A DNA stretch of 64,000 bases from an uncultured Candidatus Saccharibacteria bacterium (GTDB taxonomy: Bacteria > Patescibacteriota > Saccharimonadia > Saccharimonadales > JACDBH01). Where the stretch lies: positions 25,149 through 89,148 of the forward strand of contig CAZBAF010000001.1 of assembly GCA_964490245.1 (NCBI GenBank), given 5' to 3'. Every line of letters starts with the position of its first letter. The stretch's first letter is position 1. The position numbers and the translations under genes were made by a program. Below are positions 49,617 through 58,810 of this stretch, piece after piece. The notes below the pieces were generated by a model that saw only the letters and a list, made by a program, of their open reading frames with translations, had not been told where the DNA came from and did no database searches.

Positions 49617-51434
49617 GTGGACGGGTTCAGTGCCGATATTAAAGACGAGCAATACAAAAAACTTAAAGAATTATTCCCAGAAGTTTTTTCAGAAGGAAAG
49701 ATAGACTGGGATAAGCTAAGGGCTACACTTGGCGAGCATATAGATTTTAGCGAACGCTACGGCCTAAGCTGGAAGGGTAAGTCCGGCGTCTTTGCCAAGA
49801 TTCAGGAAAAAACCGTCAGCACCCTCCATCCGCAGCGCGAAGAATCGGTTGATTGGGACGCGACCGGGAACATGTTCATAGAGGGCGACAACTTAGAGAC
49901 TCTCAAGGTGCTCCACAAAGCCTACTACGGCAAAGTCAAGATGATTTACATTGATCCGCCGTACAACACGGGCAATGACTTCATTTATAGCGATAGCTTC
50001 AAACAGTCCCGCCGCGATTACGAAGAAGAGGCCGGTCTGGTTGATGAAGAAGGTAACACCACACGCGACGATGGCATGCGCGTCAATTCCGGCGGCAACA
50101 AGCACAGCAATTGGCTGAATATGATATACCCACGTCTGTGGCTCGCAAAGAACCTTTTACGGCAAGATGGCGTGATCTTTATCAGTATTGACGGCAACGA
50201 AGTCCATAACCTCCATCTCATCATGAACGAGATTTTTGGGGAAGAGAATTTTGTTGGTATTTATGTCAAGCAATCAAAAGTTGGCGGTGGAAGCGATTCT
50301 CGTCACATTGTCCAGGAGCACGAATACTGTGTGGTATATGCGAAAAGTGTTAATGATCTTCCTGATATGTATATAGAGCACAGCCCTGATTACTTGAAGC
50401 GGTATAAAGAAAAGGATGAGAAGGGTAGGTATTTTTGGGATACGTTTGCACGACCGGGGCTAAAAAATCCAATTTACTATGACATAGCATTACCAGATGG
50501 AACGGCAGTGAATAAGGGCTGGATATGGAGTAAGGACAGATTTGAAAGAGGGATTAAATCTGGTGAGGTAGTGATACGTCAGACGACGAAAGGTAGTTGG
50601 GGTGTATATTTTAAGCAAAGGCTTAATGAGAGCGGGAAGAAGCCGCGTTCATTAACCATGGATTTTGGAGGTACGGCACAGGGTAAGATAGATACTGGCT
50701 CGCTTTTTGATAACGTATCTATGTTTGAGTATCCGAAGTCGGTTAAATACATCAAGGAGTTAATCCGCACGATAGGCGATAAGGAAGCTGTAATTCTAGA
50801 CTTCTTCTCTGGCTCAGGCACGCTCGCTCACGCTGTGATGGAGCTCAATGCTGAAGACGACGGCAACCGCAAGTGGATTTGTGTGCAACTGCCAGAACTG
50901 ACCGACAAAAAGAGTGAAGCATATAGGGCTGGCTATAAGACCATTGCCGAGATTGCTCGCGAACGCATCCGCCGCGCCGCCAAGAAAATAGCCGAGGGTT
51001 ACAAAGACAAAATTGCTGAGCGCGAGACGCCACTTTATCTTGGTTTCCGCTCGTACGTCTTGGGTGATAGTAACTTCAAAAAGTGGAATGAGCTGGTACG
51101 CGACCCAGAAGAAATTCGCCAGCAGACTTTGGAGCAGATAGATCCAATTGAGCCAGGCGCTTCTGATGAAGATTTGCTAACCGAAATCCTGCTCAAGCAC
51201 GGCATTTCACCACTTGCCAAACTGGAGCAGCATGACGGCTTTATCTACGTGCCGTCAGACAATCTGGCAATTTCACTGACGCACAACATGACAAAAGAGC
51301 TGTTCAAGTCCATGCTCGCCAAAAACCCAAGCCAAATCATCGTACTAGACATGGCGTTTAGCGATGATTTAAACCTAAAAACCAACCTATCTCTGCAAGC
51401 TGAACAGAGAAACATCATCCTGGAGGTGTTGTAA
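49617..51434 (+). CDS. mod: type III restriction-modification DNA methyltransferase (Mod), beta-class N6A/N4C
   Basis: AGGAG Shine-Dalgarno (49606-10) precedes the GTG start. Motif IV IYIDPPYNTGNDF lies upstream of motif I VILDFFSGSGTLAHAV, with a variable region between them, which is the Mod order. 605 aa. Confidence 0.88.
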   Translation: MDGFSADIKDEQYKKLKELFPEVFSEGKIDWDKLRATLGEHIDFSERYGLSWKGKSGVFAKIQEKTVSTLHPQREESVDWDATGNMFIEGDNLETLKVLHKAYYGKVKMIYIDPPYNTGNDFIYSDSFKQSRRDYEEEAGLVDEEGNTTRDDGMRVNSGGNKHSNWLNMIYPRLWLAKNLLRQDGVIFISIDGNEVHNLHLIMNEIFGEENFVGIYVKQSKVGGGSDSRHIVQEHEYCVVYAKSVNDLPDMYIEHSPDYLKRYKEKDEKGRYFWDTFARPGLKNPIYYDIALPDGTAVNKGWIWSKDRFERGIKSGEVVIRQTTKGSWGVYFKQRLNESGKKPRSLTMDFGGTAQGKIDTGSLFDNVSMFEYPKSVKYIKELIRTIGDKEAVILDFFSGSGTLAHAVMELNAEDDGNRKWICVQLPELTDKKSEAYRAGYKTIAEIARERIRRAAKKIAEGYKDKIAERETPLYLGFRSYVLGDSNFKKWNELVRDPEEIRQQTLEQIDPIEPGASDEDLLTEILLKHGISPLAKLEQHDGFIYVPSDNLAISLTHNMTKELFKSMLAKNPSQIIVLDMAFSDDLNLKTNLSLQAEQRNIILEVL

Positions 51435-51435
51435 C

Positions 51436-52392
51436 GTGCAGGTTGTGCGTGTTCAGGAATCAAAAAGAGGGAACAGCTACATTATTAAGACTCTTAAAGA
51501 TAAAAAAACGATTGTATCTCGTGCTATTATTATGTTTTCGCCTGGCGGAAAATCATTGAAGCTTGGTCGTTATTATAAAGATAGCGGTAAGCTTGTGTCT
51601 AATTCTCCAAAAAGTGAACTAACCCTAGACGATGATGAGCTAAAAAATCTTGTTAAGCATCTTGCAGATAATTATCGTTTAGTATTGCGCAATCCGGGTT
51701 CATATATTAAGACTGACGATGCGTTGGATGAGGAGTTATTGCGCAAATTAAAATTCATCTTTACAAGCAAAAAACGAGATGATGTGATTAATTTTCTTTC
51801 AAATAATCCGTTTTTGCCTTCTGACATAGAGAATCTATTGGAGATCAAAAGAAGACAAAAGGCAGTAGAAGAATTTCGTGCCAAGCTAAATACTAACGAA
51901 ACTGAATATGAGTGGCAGAAATGGTTCTCTGAAAACGACTGGGTACTAGGAAATGATTATGCGGAAATATTAGAAGAAAGGCAGATTAATACGCGAAACA
52001 TTGCCGATTTTTTGGTGCGTGATTTCGATGGATTTGTTGACTTGATAGAGATTAAGCGGCCAGAAGGTGGCTTATCATTCTGGGCTAGTCAACGTGATCA
52101 CGGCAATCTAGTTCCCCATAGCGACTTAATAAAGGCAATCACTCAGGTACAAGTATATCTATACGAATTAGAAAAAGAGCTGGATAGCATTACGACGCAA
52201 CAGCGCTTGTCAGGTGCGTCCATAATCAAGCCTCGTGCTACTTTGATATTTGGCCGCTCATATGATTGGAGTGATGACGAAAGAAATGCGTATCGCATTC
52301 TGAACGCCAGCTATTCCAATATATCCATACTGACTTATGATCACGTATCAAGAAGGGCACAGAAATTAATTATGAAGAAAGAAAAACAATGA
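51436..52392 (+). CDS. DUF4263 (Shedu SduA-type) PD-(D/E)xK nuclease-domain protein with unrecognised N-terminal domain
   Basis: GGAGG (51422-26) precedes GTG 51436, which is 1 nt after the mod stop. C-terminal half: ETEYEWQKWFSENDWVLG, then ADFLVRDFDGFVDLIEIKRPE (D..D..ExK, nt 52006-52065), then RATLIFGR...NISILTYD. Its stop overlaps the res ATG (ATGA). Confidence 0.75.
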   Translation: MQVVRVQESKRGNSYIIKTLKDKKTIVSRAIIMFSPGGKSLKLGRYYKDSGKLVSNSPKSELTLDDDELKNLVKHLADNYRLVLRNPGSYIKTDDALDEELLRKLKFIFTSKKRDDVINFLSNNPFLPSDIENLLEIKRRQKAVEEFRAKLNTNETEYEWQKWFSENDWVLGNDYAEILEERQINTRNIADFLVRDFDGFVDLIEIKRPEGGLSFWASQRDHGNLVPHSDLIKAITQVQVYLYELEKELDSITTQQRLSGASIIKPRATLIFGRSYDWSDDERNAYRILNASYSNISILTYDHVSRRAQKLIMKKEKQ

Positions 52393-55169
52393 AACTCCAA
52401 TTTGAACCGAACCAGCAGTATCAGCTAGATGCCATCAAAACAGTTGTTGATGTGTTTGAAGGCCAGCCGAAGGATAAGGGCGGGATTGTGTTCGGCGGTC
52501 AAGGCGAGCTGGATTTACCTGGCAAACAGTTAAGCCTTGAAGACGCCAGTGCGAGCGGCAATACACTAGTGTTAAGCAATGAGCAGCTTATTAAAAATGT
52601 TCATGCTGTGCAAGGCCAGCTTGATCTTCCGCTGGCTGAAGTGATCGACGAGGACGATGTGCTTACAACCGAATCAGGTGAGCCAAATGTAACCGAAGAT
52701 GGCGATCCGCTGGAAGCTTCTTTGGGTTCAAGTTTAATGCATGGCCTTAACTTCTCCATTGAAATGGAAACCGGCACAGGCAAAACCTATGTGTACTTAC
52801 GCACAATCCATGAGCTATACCAAAAGTACGGCTGGAAGAAGTTTATTATCGTTGTACCGAGCGTGGCGATCCGCGAAGGCGTGCTGAAAAACTTAGATAT
52901 CACGCGTGAGCATTTTGCTGAGCTGTACAACAAGCCCGAGATGAATTATTACGTTTGGGATAGCAAAAAGACCGGCCAGGCGCGTGAATTTGCCGTCAAC
53001 GATACACTGCAAATCATGGTCGTCAACATTGACAGTTTCTCTAAAGCTGAAAACATCATGAACAAAGACAGCGATTACGGACGGCCGCTTGATTTTATCC
53101 GCGCTACCCATCCGATCGTTATTATTGACGAGCCGCAGAATATGGAAACCGAGGTGCGCCGCAAGGCTATAAACAGCCTGAACCCGCTTTTTACTTTGCG
53201 CTACAGTGCTACTCACAAGCATGTCTATAATTTGCTGTATCGTTTAACACCGGTAGATGCGTATAACCTGGGGCTGGTTAAAAAGATTGAAATCCATAGT
53301 GTGGTGAGTGAGGACAGCTATAACGGTCCGTATATCAGCGTGCTTTCGCTAGAGCGGACAAGCAAGCGGAGTTCATACACCAAGATTGAAGTTGATGCAA
53401 GTGACAAGCGTGGCTTGCAGCGCAAAGTTGTTAAAGCTGGCCCGGGCGTAGATTTAGCACAACTGACGGGGCGCTCTGTGTATGAAGGCTTTTACATTGA
53501 AGCTATAAATCACACCGAAAACTGCGTGGAGTTTAGCAACGGCAAAAAGGTATATGTCGGTCAGAAAGATGAAGCATTGCGCGAAGAAATCCTGAAACGG
53601 CAGATTGAGTTGACCATAGAGGATCATTTTGAAAAGCAGCAGAAGCTGGCCAGTCAGAACATAAAGGTGCTAAGCCTGTTCTTCATAGACAAGGTGGCGA
53701 ATTACCGCGAGTACACCGAGGCTGGTTGGACAAAAGGTAAGTTCGCGCGCTGGTTTGAAGAGCTGTATGAGAAGGTGGCCGCCAAATATCCCGGCGTCAT
53801 AGATGACCTGACGGCCGAACAAGTACATAACGGCTACTTTGCCGCCGATAAGAGCGGCTATTGGAAGGATAGTAAAGACACTAAGGGTGAAGGCGCCAAG
53901 ACGAAGGACGATGACACGGCATACCAACTGATTATGAAAGACAAAGAGCGGCTATTGGATATCAACGAACCGTTAAGGTTCATCTTTAGCCACTCTGCGC
54001 TGCGTGAGGGCTGGGATAACCCGAACGTCTTTAACATCTGTACGCTCAATGAGACATCAAGCGAGATGAAAAAGCGACAAGAGATCGGCCGCGGCCTACG
54101 CTTGCCGGTCAATGCCAATGGCGAGCGAATTTATGACGAGAACATCAATGTGCTTACGGTGATCGCAAACGAAAGTTATGAAGAATTTAGCCGCAAGCTG
54201 CAGACCGAGATTACTGAAGAAACGGGCGTTGAATTTAGTAAGGGCAACATCAAGAACCGTGCTGACAGGCAGAAAATCAGCTTCCGCAAATCTGTAATGC
54301 TAGATCCGAACTTTAAAGAGCTCTGGGAACGTATCAAACACAAGACGACGTATCACATAAACATTGGTCCGGATAAGCTAGTTGATGAGGTCGTACGGCG
54401 ACTTGAAGATATGGCAATCGTGCCGCCGCAGATTTCTGATACGCGAACGCTGATTAGTCACATGGGTGAGACGTTTGAAAGGAAGAAGCAGGAAGGCTTG
54501 GATCGTGCAAGCCGTTCGGGCGTGCAGCACGTGCCCAATATCCTTGAAGAAATTCAAAAACGCACGCACCTGACGCGCAAGCTAATCTTTGAAATCCTTG
54601 ACCGCGCAGATATATTCTCGTACCTGGCGCTCAATCCGCAGCAGGCTGTTGACGGAGTAAGCGAGGCGGTTATACAAATCAAGCAGCAGCTTGCAGTTGA
54701 CGGCATTAAGTATGAGCGCACCGGCGACGTGTACGATGTAAGGCTGTTTGAGAATGAAGAGCTTGAAAGTTACTTGTACAACGCTATGAGCAAGAATGGT
54801 GCAGTCAAAGCGGAGCAAGAGGACAAGACAACCTATGACTACGTCGTGGTGGATTCTGATGTAGAGTATCAACTCATGAATGTTTTGGAGAACACGGACA
54901 GTGTGAAGTTTTATACCAAGCTCCCAGGCTGGTTCAAAATTGATACGCCGCTTGGTACATACAATCCTGACTGGGCGATCGTGTTTGAGGACGACAAAAA
55001 GATTTACTTCGTCGCCGAAACGAAAGGAACGGATAATCTGTATGACGAGTCGTTACGCGAACACGAGCGCGGCAAGATCAAGGCAGGCCGGAAGCATTTT
55101 GAGGAAATCGGCATGCCTTATGCTGCGCCGGTTTCATCGCTCCAAAGTGCACTGCGTAAGCTGATATAG
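52389..55169 (+). CDS. res: type III restriction enzyme Res subunit (SF2 helicase plus C-terminal endonuclease)
   Basis: 926 aa. N-terminus MKLQFEPNQQYQLDAI, Walker A METGTGKTYVY, motif II VIIDEPQNM, SHSALREGWDNPNVF, and a C-terminal nuclease YNPDWAIVFEDD..IYFVAETKG. Confidence 0.88.
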   Translation: MKLQFEPNQQYQLDAIKTVVDVFEGQPKDKGGIVFGGQGELDLPGKQLSLEDASASGNTLVLSNEQLIKNVHAVQGQLDLPLAEVIDEDDVLTTESGEPNVTEDGDPLEASLGSSLMHGLNFSIEMETGTGKTYVYLRTIHELYQKYGWKKFIIVVPSVAIREGVLKNLDITREHFAELYNKPEMNYYVWDSKKTGQAREFAVNDTLQIMVVNIDSFSKAENIMNKDSDYGRPLDFIRATHPIVIIDEPQNMETEVRRKAINSLNPLFTLRYSATHKHVYNLLYRLTPVDAYNLGLVKKIEIHSVVSEDSYNGPYISVLSLERTSKRSSYTKIEVDASDKRGLQRKVVKAGPGVDLAQLTGRSVYEGFYIEAINHTENCVEFSNGKKVYVGQKDEALREEILKRQIELTIEDHFEKQQKLASQNIKVLSLFFIDKVANYREYTEAGWTKGKFARWFEELYEKVAAKYPGVIDDLTAEQVHNGYFAADKSGYWKDSKDTKGEGAKTKDDDTAYQLIMKDKERLLDINEPLRFIFSHSALREGWDNPNVFNICTLNETSSEMKKRQEIGRGLRLPVNANGERIYDENINVLTVIANESYEEFSRKLQTEITEETGVEFSKGNIKNRADRQKISFRKSVMLDPNFKELWERIKHKTTYHINIGPDKLVDEVVRRLEDMAIVPPQISDTRTLISHMGETFERKKQEGLDRASRSGVQHVPNILEEIQKRTHLTRKLIFEILDRADIFSYLALNPQQAVDGVSEAVIQIKQQLAVDGIKYERTGDVYDVRLFENEELESYLYNAMSKNGAVKAEQEDKTTYDYVVVDSDVEYQLMNVLENTDSVKFYTKLPGWFKIDTPLGTYNPDWAIVFEDDKKIYFVAETKGTDNLYDESLREHERGKIKAGRKHFEEIGMPYAAPVSSLQSALRKLI

Positions 55170-55186
55170 AATAAGATTCTAGACAA

Positions 55187-55696
55187 TCAACGAAATATTA
55201 GGGAAAATATGCGGTCGCTGAGGTTTTGGTGGTAGGTTCTGCCATAATAGTTTTTAGTCTTCAGGGATTTGGGTTTTGAAAGTTGGGCAATGGGTATTTT
55301 GCCAGGCAAGGGCGCGCTACACTTGCGGATCACATTTGGGCTGATGATTTTATACCAATTCTTTCCTTCGGTTGTGAAAAGATAGATATACTTAGTATGG
55401 TAATGGCGCGCTGTAATGCACATGCGCTTTGCAATGCCTTTAGTCAAGTCTTTGCGGTATTGCTTGACTTCAATAATTGCACGGGCTGTGCGGCCAAAGT
55501 CGTCAACAGCCAGTTCAAAGTCTGGTGTGTATGTTTTTCCAACATGTTTGATGCCAAGCTGTGGCCTTAGCCACTGGCCGCTGAAATTATACTTGGTGAT
55601 AAATTGCTCGAGAGCCTTGAACTCAGTTTTTGAATCAAGCCATACAGTCTGGCCATCAATAGTGACCTGGTGCCTGTGTCCTCTCCTATAAGCCAT
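55187..55696 (-). CDS. stand-alone PD-(D/E)xK nuclease, TnsA-endonuclease-N-like
   Basis: 169 aa: LDSKTEFKALEQF...GKTYTPDFELAVDDFGRTARAIIEVKQYRKDL resembles the TnsA N-terminal catalytic pattern (E...PDF...D...EVK). No tnsB or tnsC nearby. Confidence 0.5.
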   Translation of the reverse strand: MAYRRGHRHQVTIDGQTVWLDSKTEFKALEQFITKYNFSGQWLRPQLGIKHVGKTYTPDFELAVDDFGRTARAIIEVKQYRKDLTKGIAKRMCITARHYHTKYIYLFTTEGKNWYKIISPNVIRKCSAPLPGKIPIAQLSKPKSLKTKNYYGRTYHQNLSDRIFSLIFR

Positions 55697-56059
55697 GCCC
55701 GGATTATCTCTATAAATAGCTTGTTTTGCAATATCCTAAGTTTAGGAGGGTAAAGGAGCGAGAAAGGTCAACTAAGCAAAGATACGAAAGCTACAGAAGA
55801 CCGCGAGACCAGGGTGAGTCATGCAATATTCTCTAAAACTACTAATAAGTGTTACGGGGGTAACAGTTATTTATAATTTATGGGGACACGCTTTTGCGCT
55901 GGAGTTGCTGTGAGGAAATGTCAAACTGTGGTAGAGGGTTCTAGATCGTGTCCGGCACGTCAAACACTTGTGGACAGTGAAATGCCACGTTAAAAAACTG
56001 CGCTTATGCTTGCAGAGGAGAGACTGGATCTTAACAAGCAATAATTTCGTAAAAACAGG

Positions 56060-56455
56060 TCAGTTTTCTTTGGACCTGTTGATCTCGACACCTTGCCGCA
56101 CAAGATCGGACAGTGCATCTTCGTCCACACGCGTACCTTCTTTAAACTCGATGGCGCGGTCGGTGCTGCTTTTAAGCCGGGCATTAAAGAGTTCTGACGG
56201 GTCTTTCATGAAAGCACCTTTGACAAAAACCAGCTTGATATTATCCTTAAAGGTCTCTGCCAAGCAGACATTGCCGTTAGACGTCCAAACGGGCAGTCCT
56301 TCGGGCCGGGTGGGCATCTTCCATTTGATCTCTTCAGTAATTTCCGTCGAGGCGGTCGTTATCACACGGCGCAGCCACGACAGAGTCTCACCCTTCCAGC
56401 CGCCGTATAGTTTGATAATGTCATCGATCTGTTCTGATGCCGGTTTGTCTGCCAT
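56060..56455 (-). CDS. DUF1801 (YdhG-like) domain protein
   Basis: 131 aa: LRRVITTASTEITEEIKWKMPTRPEGLPVWTSNGNVCLAETFKDNIKLVFVKGA. The hairpin AACAGGTC/GACCTGTT (56054-56080) spans its stop codon. Confidence 0.65.
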   Translation of the reverse strand: MADKPASEQIDDIIKLYGGWKGETLSWLRRVITTASTEITEEIKWKMPTRPEGLPVWTSNGNVCLAETFKDNIKLVFVKGAFMKDPSELFNARLKSSTDRAIEFKEGTRVDEDALSDLVRQGVEINRSKEN

Positions 56456-56577
56456 GTCATGTCCTTTTTAAGTATGCTTTTTTATTCTACACCCAATGGA
56501 GAGTGTTCGAAGTGCTGACAAGACACATGCTTCCTAAGCGGCTGCATTCGGCGTGCATTTGTAGCATAATAGACACT

Positions 56578-57027
56578 ATGAATGATGATCAGAATATGCA
56601 GATAGCCATTGACGAAGCCCGCACCGCGCTTATGGGAGGCGGCATACCGATTGCAGCCTGCCTGGCAGACAGTCAGGGAAAAGTCATTGCCGTTGGCCAT
56701 AACGAGCGTGTGCAGAAGGGCGACCCGATTGCCCACGGCGAAATCGCCTGTCTGCGTAACGCTGGCCGGCAGAAAAGTTACGCCGGTTATACGCTCTACA
56801 CCACGCTCAGTCCGTGTGCCATGTGCCGTGGTGCTATTGAACTGTTTAAAATCCCGCGCGTGGTCGTAGGCGAAAACGAGACTTTTGCCGGTGATTTGGA
56901 CAAACTGCGTGCCACCGGCGCCGAGGTGGTGCTGCTGGATAGCGAAGACTGCAAACGAATGATGCGCGAGTTTCAGGCCAAGCATCCTGATATATGGAAC
57001 GAAGATATCGGAATGGCGACTACCTAG
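56578..57027 (+). CDS. cytosine deaminase, FCY1/CDA-fold type
   Basis: 149 aa from ATG 56578: GGIPIAACL...GHNERVQKGDPIAHGEIACLRNAG...TLYTTLSPCAMCRGAIELFKIPRVVVGEN...DIWNEDIG. This resembles yeast Fcy1-type cytosine deaminase closely; HxE and PCxxC zinc ligands are present. Confidence 0.75.
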   Translation: MNDDQNMQIAIDEARTALMGGGIPIAACLADSQGKVIAVGHNERVQKGDPIAHGEIACLRNAGRQKSYAGYTLYTTLSPCAMCRGAIELFKIPRVVVGENETFAGDLDKLRATGAEVVLLDSEDCKRMMREFQAKHPDIWNEDIGMATT

Positions 57028-57075
57028 TTCGGCTTACTTGATGCCGTTTATGTAAATGCGGGCCCTAACAGTCTG

Positions 57076-58596
57076 CTATGACTTGTTTGTGCGGTTGCTG
57101 CCAGCTTCTTGATCGACAGCATGTGGCCCGGCAGTCTCTGCCGATGCGCCCAGAGCCAGCCGGGCAATACGACTGTGCTTACGACCGGCCTTCAGTTGCG
57201 CCAGCATAAAATCAACGAACGGTGTGATGTTGCGCATCCGAACAGAACGCTGATTAAACGGACGTGCCAGCATGTTGCCGAACGACGCCCCGGCCGCTAT
57301 TGCAAGCGCGGTTGTAAAAGCTGTTAAAAGCGTACCGACACCCTTAAAAAACAGCGGGTCGCCCGGCGGATAATTAACCAGCTGCATCAGGCCGTTATAT
57401 AAGGCAAGACCGGGCACCAGCGGAATAATACCAGCGGCAATGCTGCCCGAGGCGGGGGTGTGCCAGATCCGTGACAGAGTCTTGGCCAGCACGCCGACAA
57501 TCAGCGCCGCTATACCACTGGCCGGAACAACAGAGATACCAAAATCCCGAACAGTATAAAGCACCGTGACTGCCACGCTGCCCAGCAGTCCGGCCCATAT
57601 CACTGCCCGCAGACGCGTATGCCCGACCAATGCAAAAGAAGCCGAGGCAATGCCGCCGCCGATAATTCTATACCGCAGCCCGGTCAGGCTCAGCGGCTCG
57701 GCAGAAACAGCAATGCCAATACCAAGCTTGCGTGCTACATACAGACCGATCAGCACACCCATCACAATGCCCGAGGTCAGCATCAAGACTTTCAATATCC
57801 GGGCGTTAGCTGTGACATAGTATTCATCAATTGCATCCTGGATCGCACCAACAATAGCCAGACCTGACAAGAGCATAATAATACCGCCAACAACGACCAA
57901 AGTCGGGTTTATACCCTCAAAAAAACTCACCCCGTTGTCGGCAAATGCGTTCACCACAGCCGCAGAAATTGTCACTACACACGCCGCGGCAGCCTGCCGA
58001 AAGAACGTGGTCAGTGCGTTTTTATAGAGAAAACTCATGAACTGCTCAACCAGGTACGCAATCACAAACGTCACCAGCAGTATCCGCCAGTTGGTTGTAA
58101 ACATCAGGCCGACACCGGTGGCAATGCCGGCAGCCGCCAGCGGATGCAGCCAGGCCGGATAGGCTGCCGGCTTTTTGAGAATGTTTTCAAGCTCTTTTTC
58201 GGCCGCTGATAGCTCGAGCCGACCCGACCTGATCCGATAGACTAGATCCTGTATGGCCTGCACAGTCATATTATTAACCGGGCGTGCCACCGACGGCCTA
58301 ATGAGTGTCAGCGGCTCTTTCTCCACACCCCTTAGCTGCGACAACATAATCAGGTTCGAGACAATATCAACGTGCACCGGCTGCCTGCAGTACGTTTCGG
58401 TAATATCAAGCGCCTTGGATACCACATTCGCGGCCGGAATATTCATAGAGAGCAACTGATCACTGACGGTCAGCGCCAAGCGCAAAGCGCGCAGATTGGG
58501 GCTCAGGGTCTCGCCGGCTTTTTCCGGTCTTAGCCCACCCAGCTGCGTTTCTGTATCTGTATGCTGTTTTAGTTTCAGCCAGTTTTGTAATCTCAT
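57076..58596 (-). CDS. threonine/serine exporter family protein (ThrE-like, DUF1212 plus DUF3815)
   Basis: About 10 TM helices. The N-terminal soluble region, LRLALTVSDQLLSMNIPAANVVSKALDITE, is typical of the family. Start ATG 58596 is preferred; the ORF-track start is 58653. Confidence 0.7.
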   Translation of the reverse strand: MRLQNWLKLKQHTDTETQLGGLRPEKAGETLSPNLRALRLALTVSDQLLSMNIPAANVVSKALDITETYCRQPVHVDIVSNLIMLSQLRGVEKEPLTLIRPSVARPVNNMTVQAIQDLVYRIRSGRLELSAAEKELENILKKPAAYPAWLHPLAAAGIATGVGLMFTTNWRILLVTFVIAYLVEQFMSFLYKNALTTFFRQAAAACVVTISAAVVNAFADNGVSFFEGINPTLVVVGGIIMLLSGLAIVGAIQDAIDEYYVTANARILKVLMLTSGIVMGVLIGLYVARKLGIGIAVSAEPLSLTGLRYRIIGGGIASASFALVGHTRLRAVIWAGLLGSVAVTVLYTVRDFGISVVPASGIAALIVGVLAKTLSRIWHTPASGSIAAGIIPLVPGLALYNGLMQLVNYPPGDPLFFKGVGTLLTAFTTALAIAAGASFGNMLARPFNQRSVRMRNITPFVDFMLAQLKAGRKHSRIARLALGASAETAGPHAVDQEAGSNRTNKS

Positions 58597-58680
58597 GCGT
58601 ATAGATCGTGTGCCGGTACCGGCTCTGCCTTCAGTATAGCCAGGGGCTATCACAAAAACCAGGGCGGAGATTTTTTATCA

Positions 58681-58708
58681 GTGTTAAGTTATTAGTGGTT
58701 AGTGTTTA
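58681..58708 (-). repeat. degenerate heptad array, TAANCAC family (as read on the minus strand)
   Basis: Plus strand reads gtgttaa gttatta gtggtta gtgttta; minus strand reads taaacac taaccac taataac ttaacac. It lies upstream of the minus-strand ThrE-like gene. Confidence 0.65.
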
Positions 58709-58810
58709 GGGGTGCGGAGAAGAAAGCTAACAGTAGCTAGTCGTTAATAAGAGCGGCAGCAGCCATCGTTTCTGATAAAATACCAAACCATAAGTAAGCA
58801 GGGGCGAACT

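Noticed and set aside
55187-56060. Possibility that the TnsA-like gene marks an intact Tn7-like transposon.
   Set aside because: There are no TnsB, TnsC or TniQ genes anywhere in the island. The TGTGGACAGTG-like string near 55965 is not a convincing Tn7 end, and I found no target-site duplication.
56437-56577. N-terminal extension of the cytosine deaminase ORF (47 extra codons overlapping the DUF1801 gene start on the opposite strand).
   Set aside because: The extension is hydrophobic and Cys-rich junk with no homology to deaminase N-termini. MNDDQNMQIAIDEA aligns with the start of Fcy1-type enzymes.
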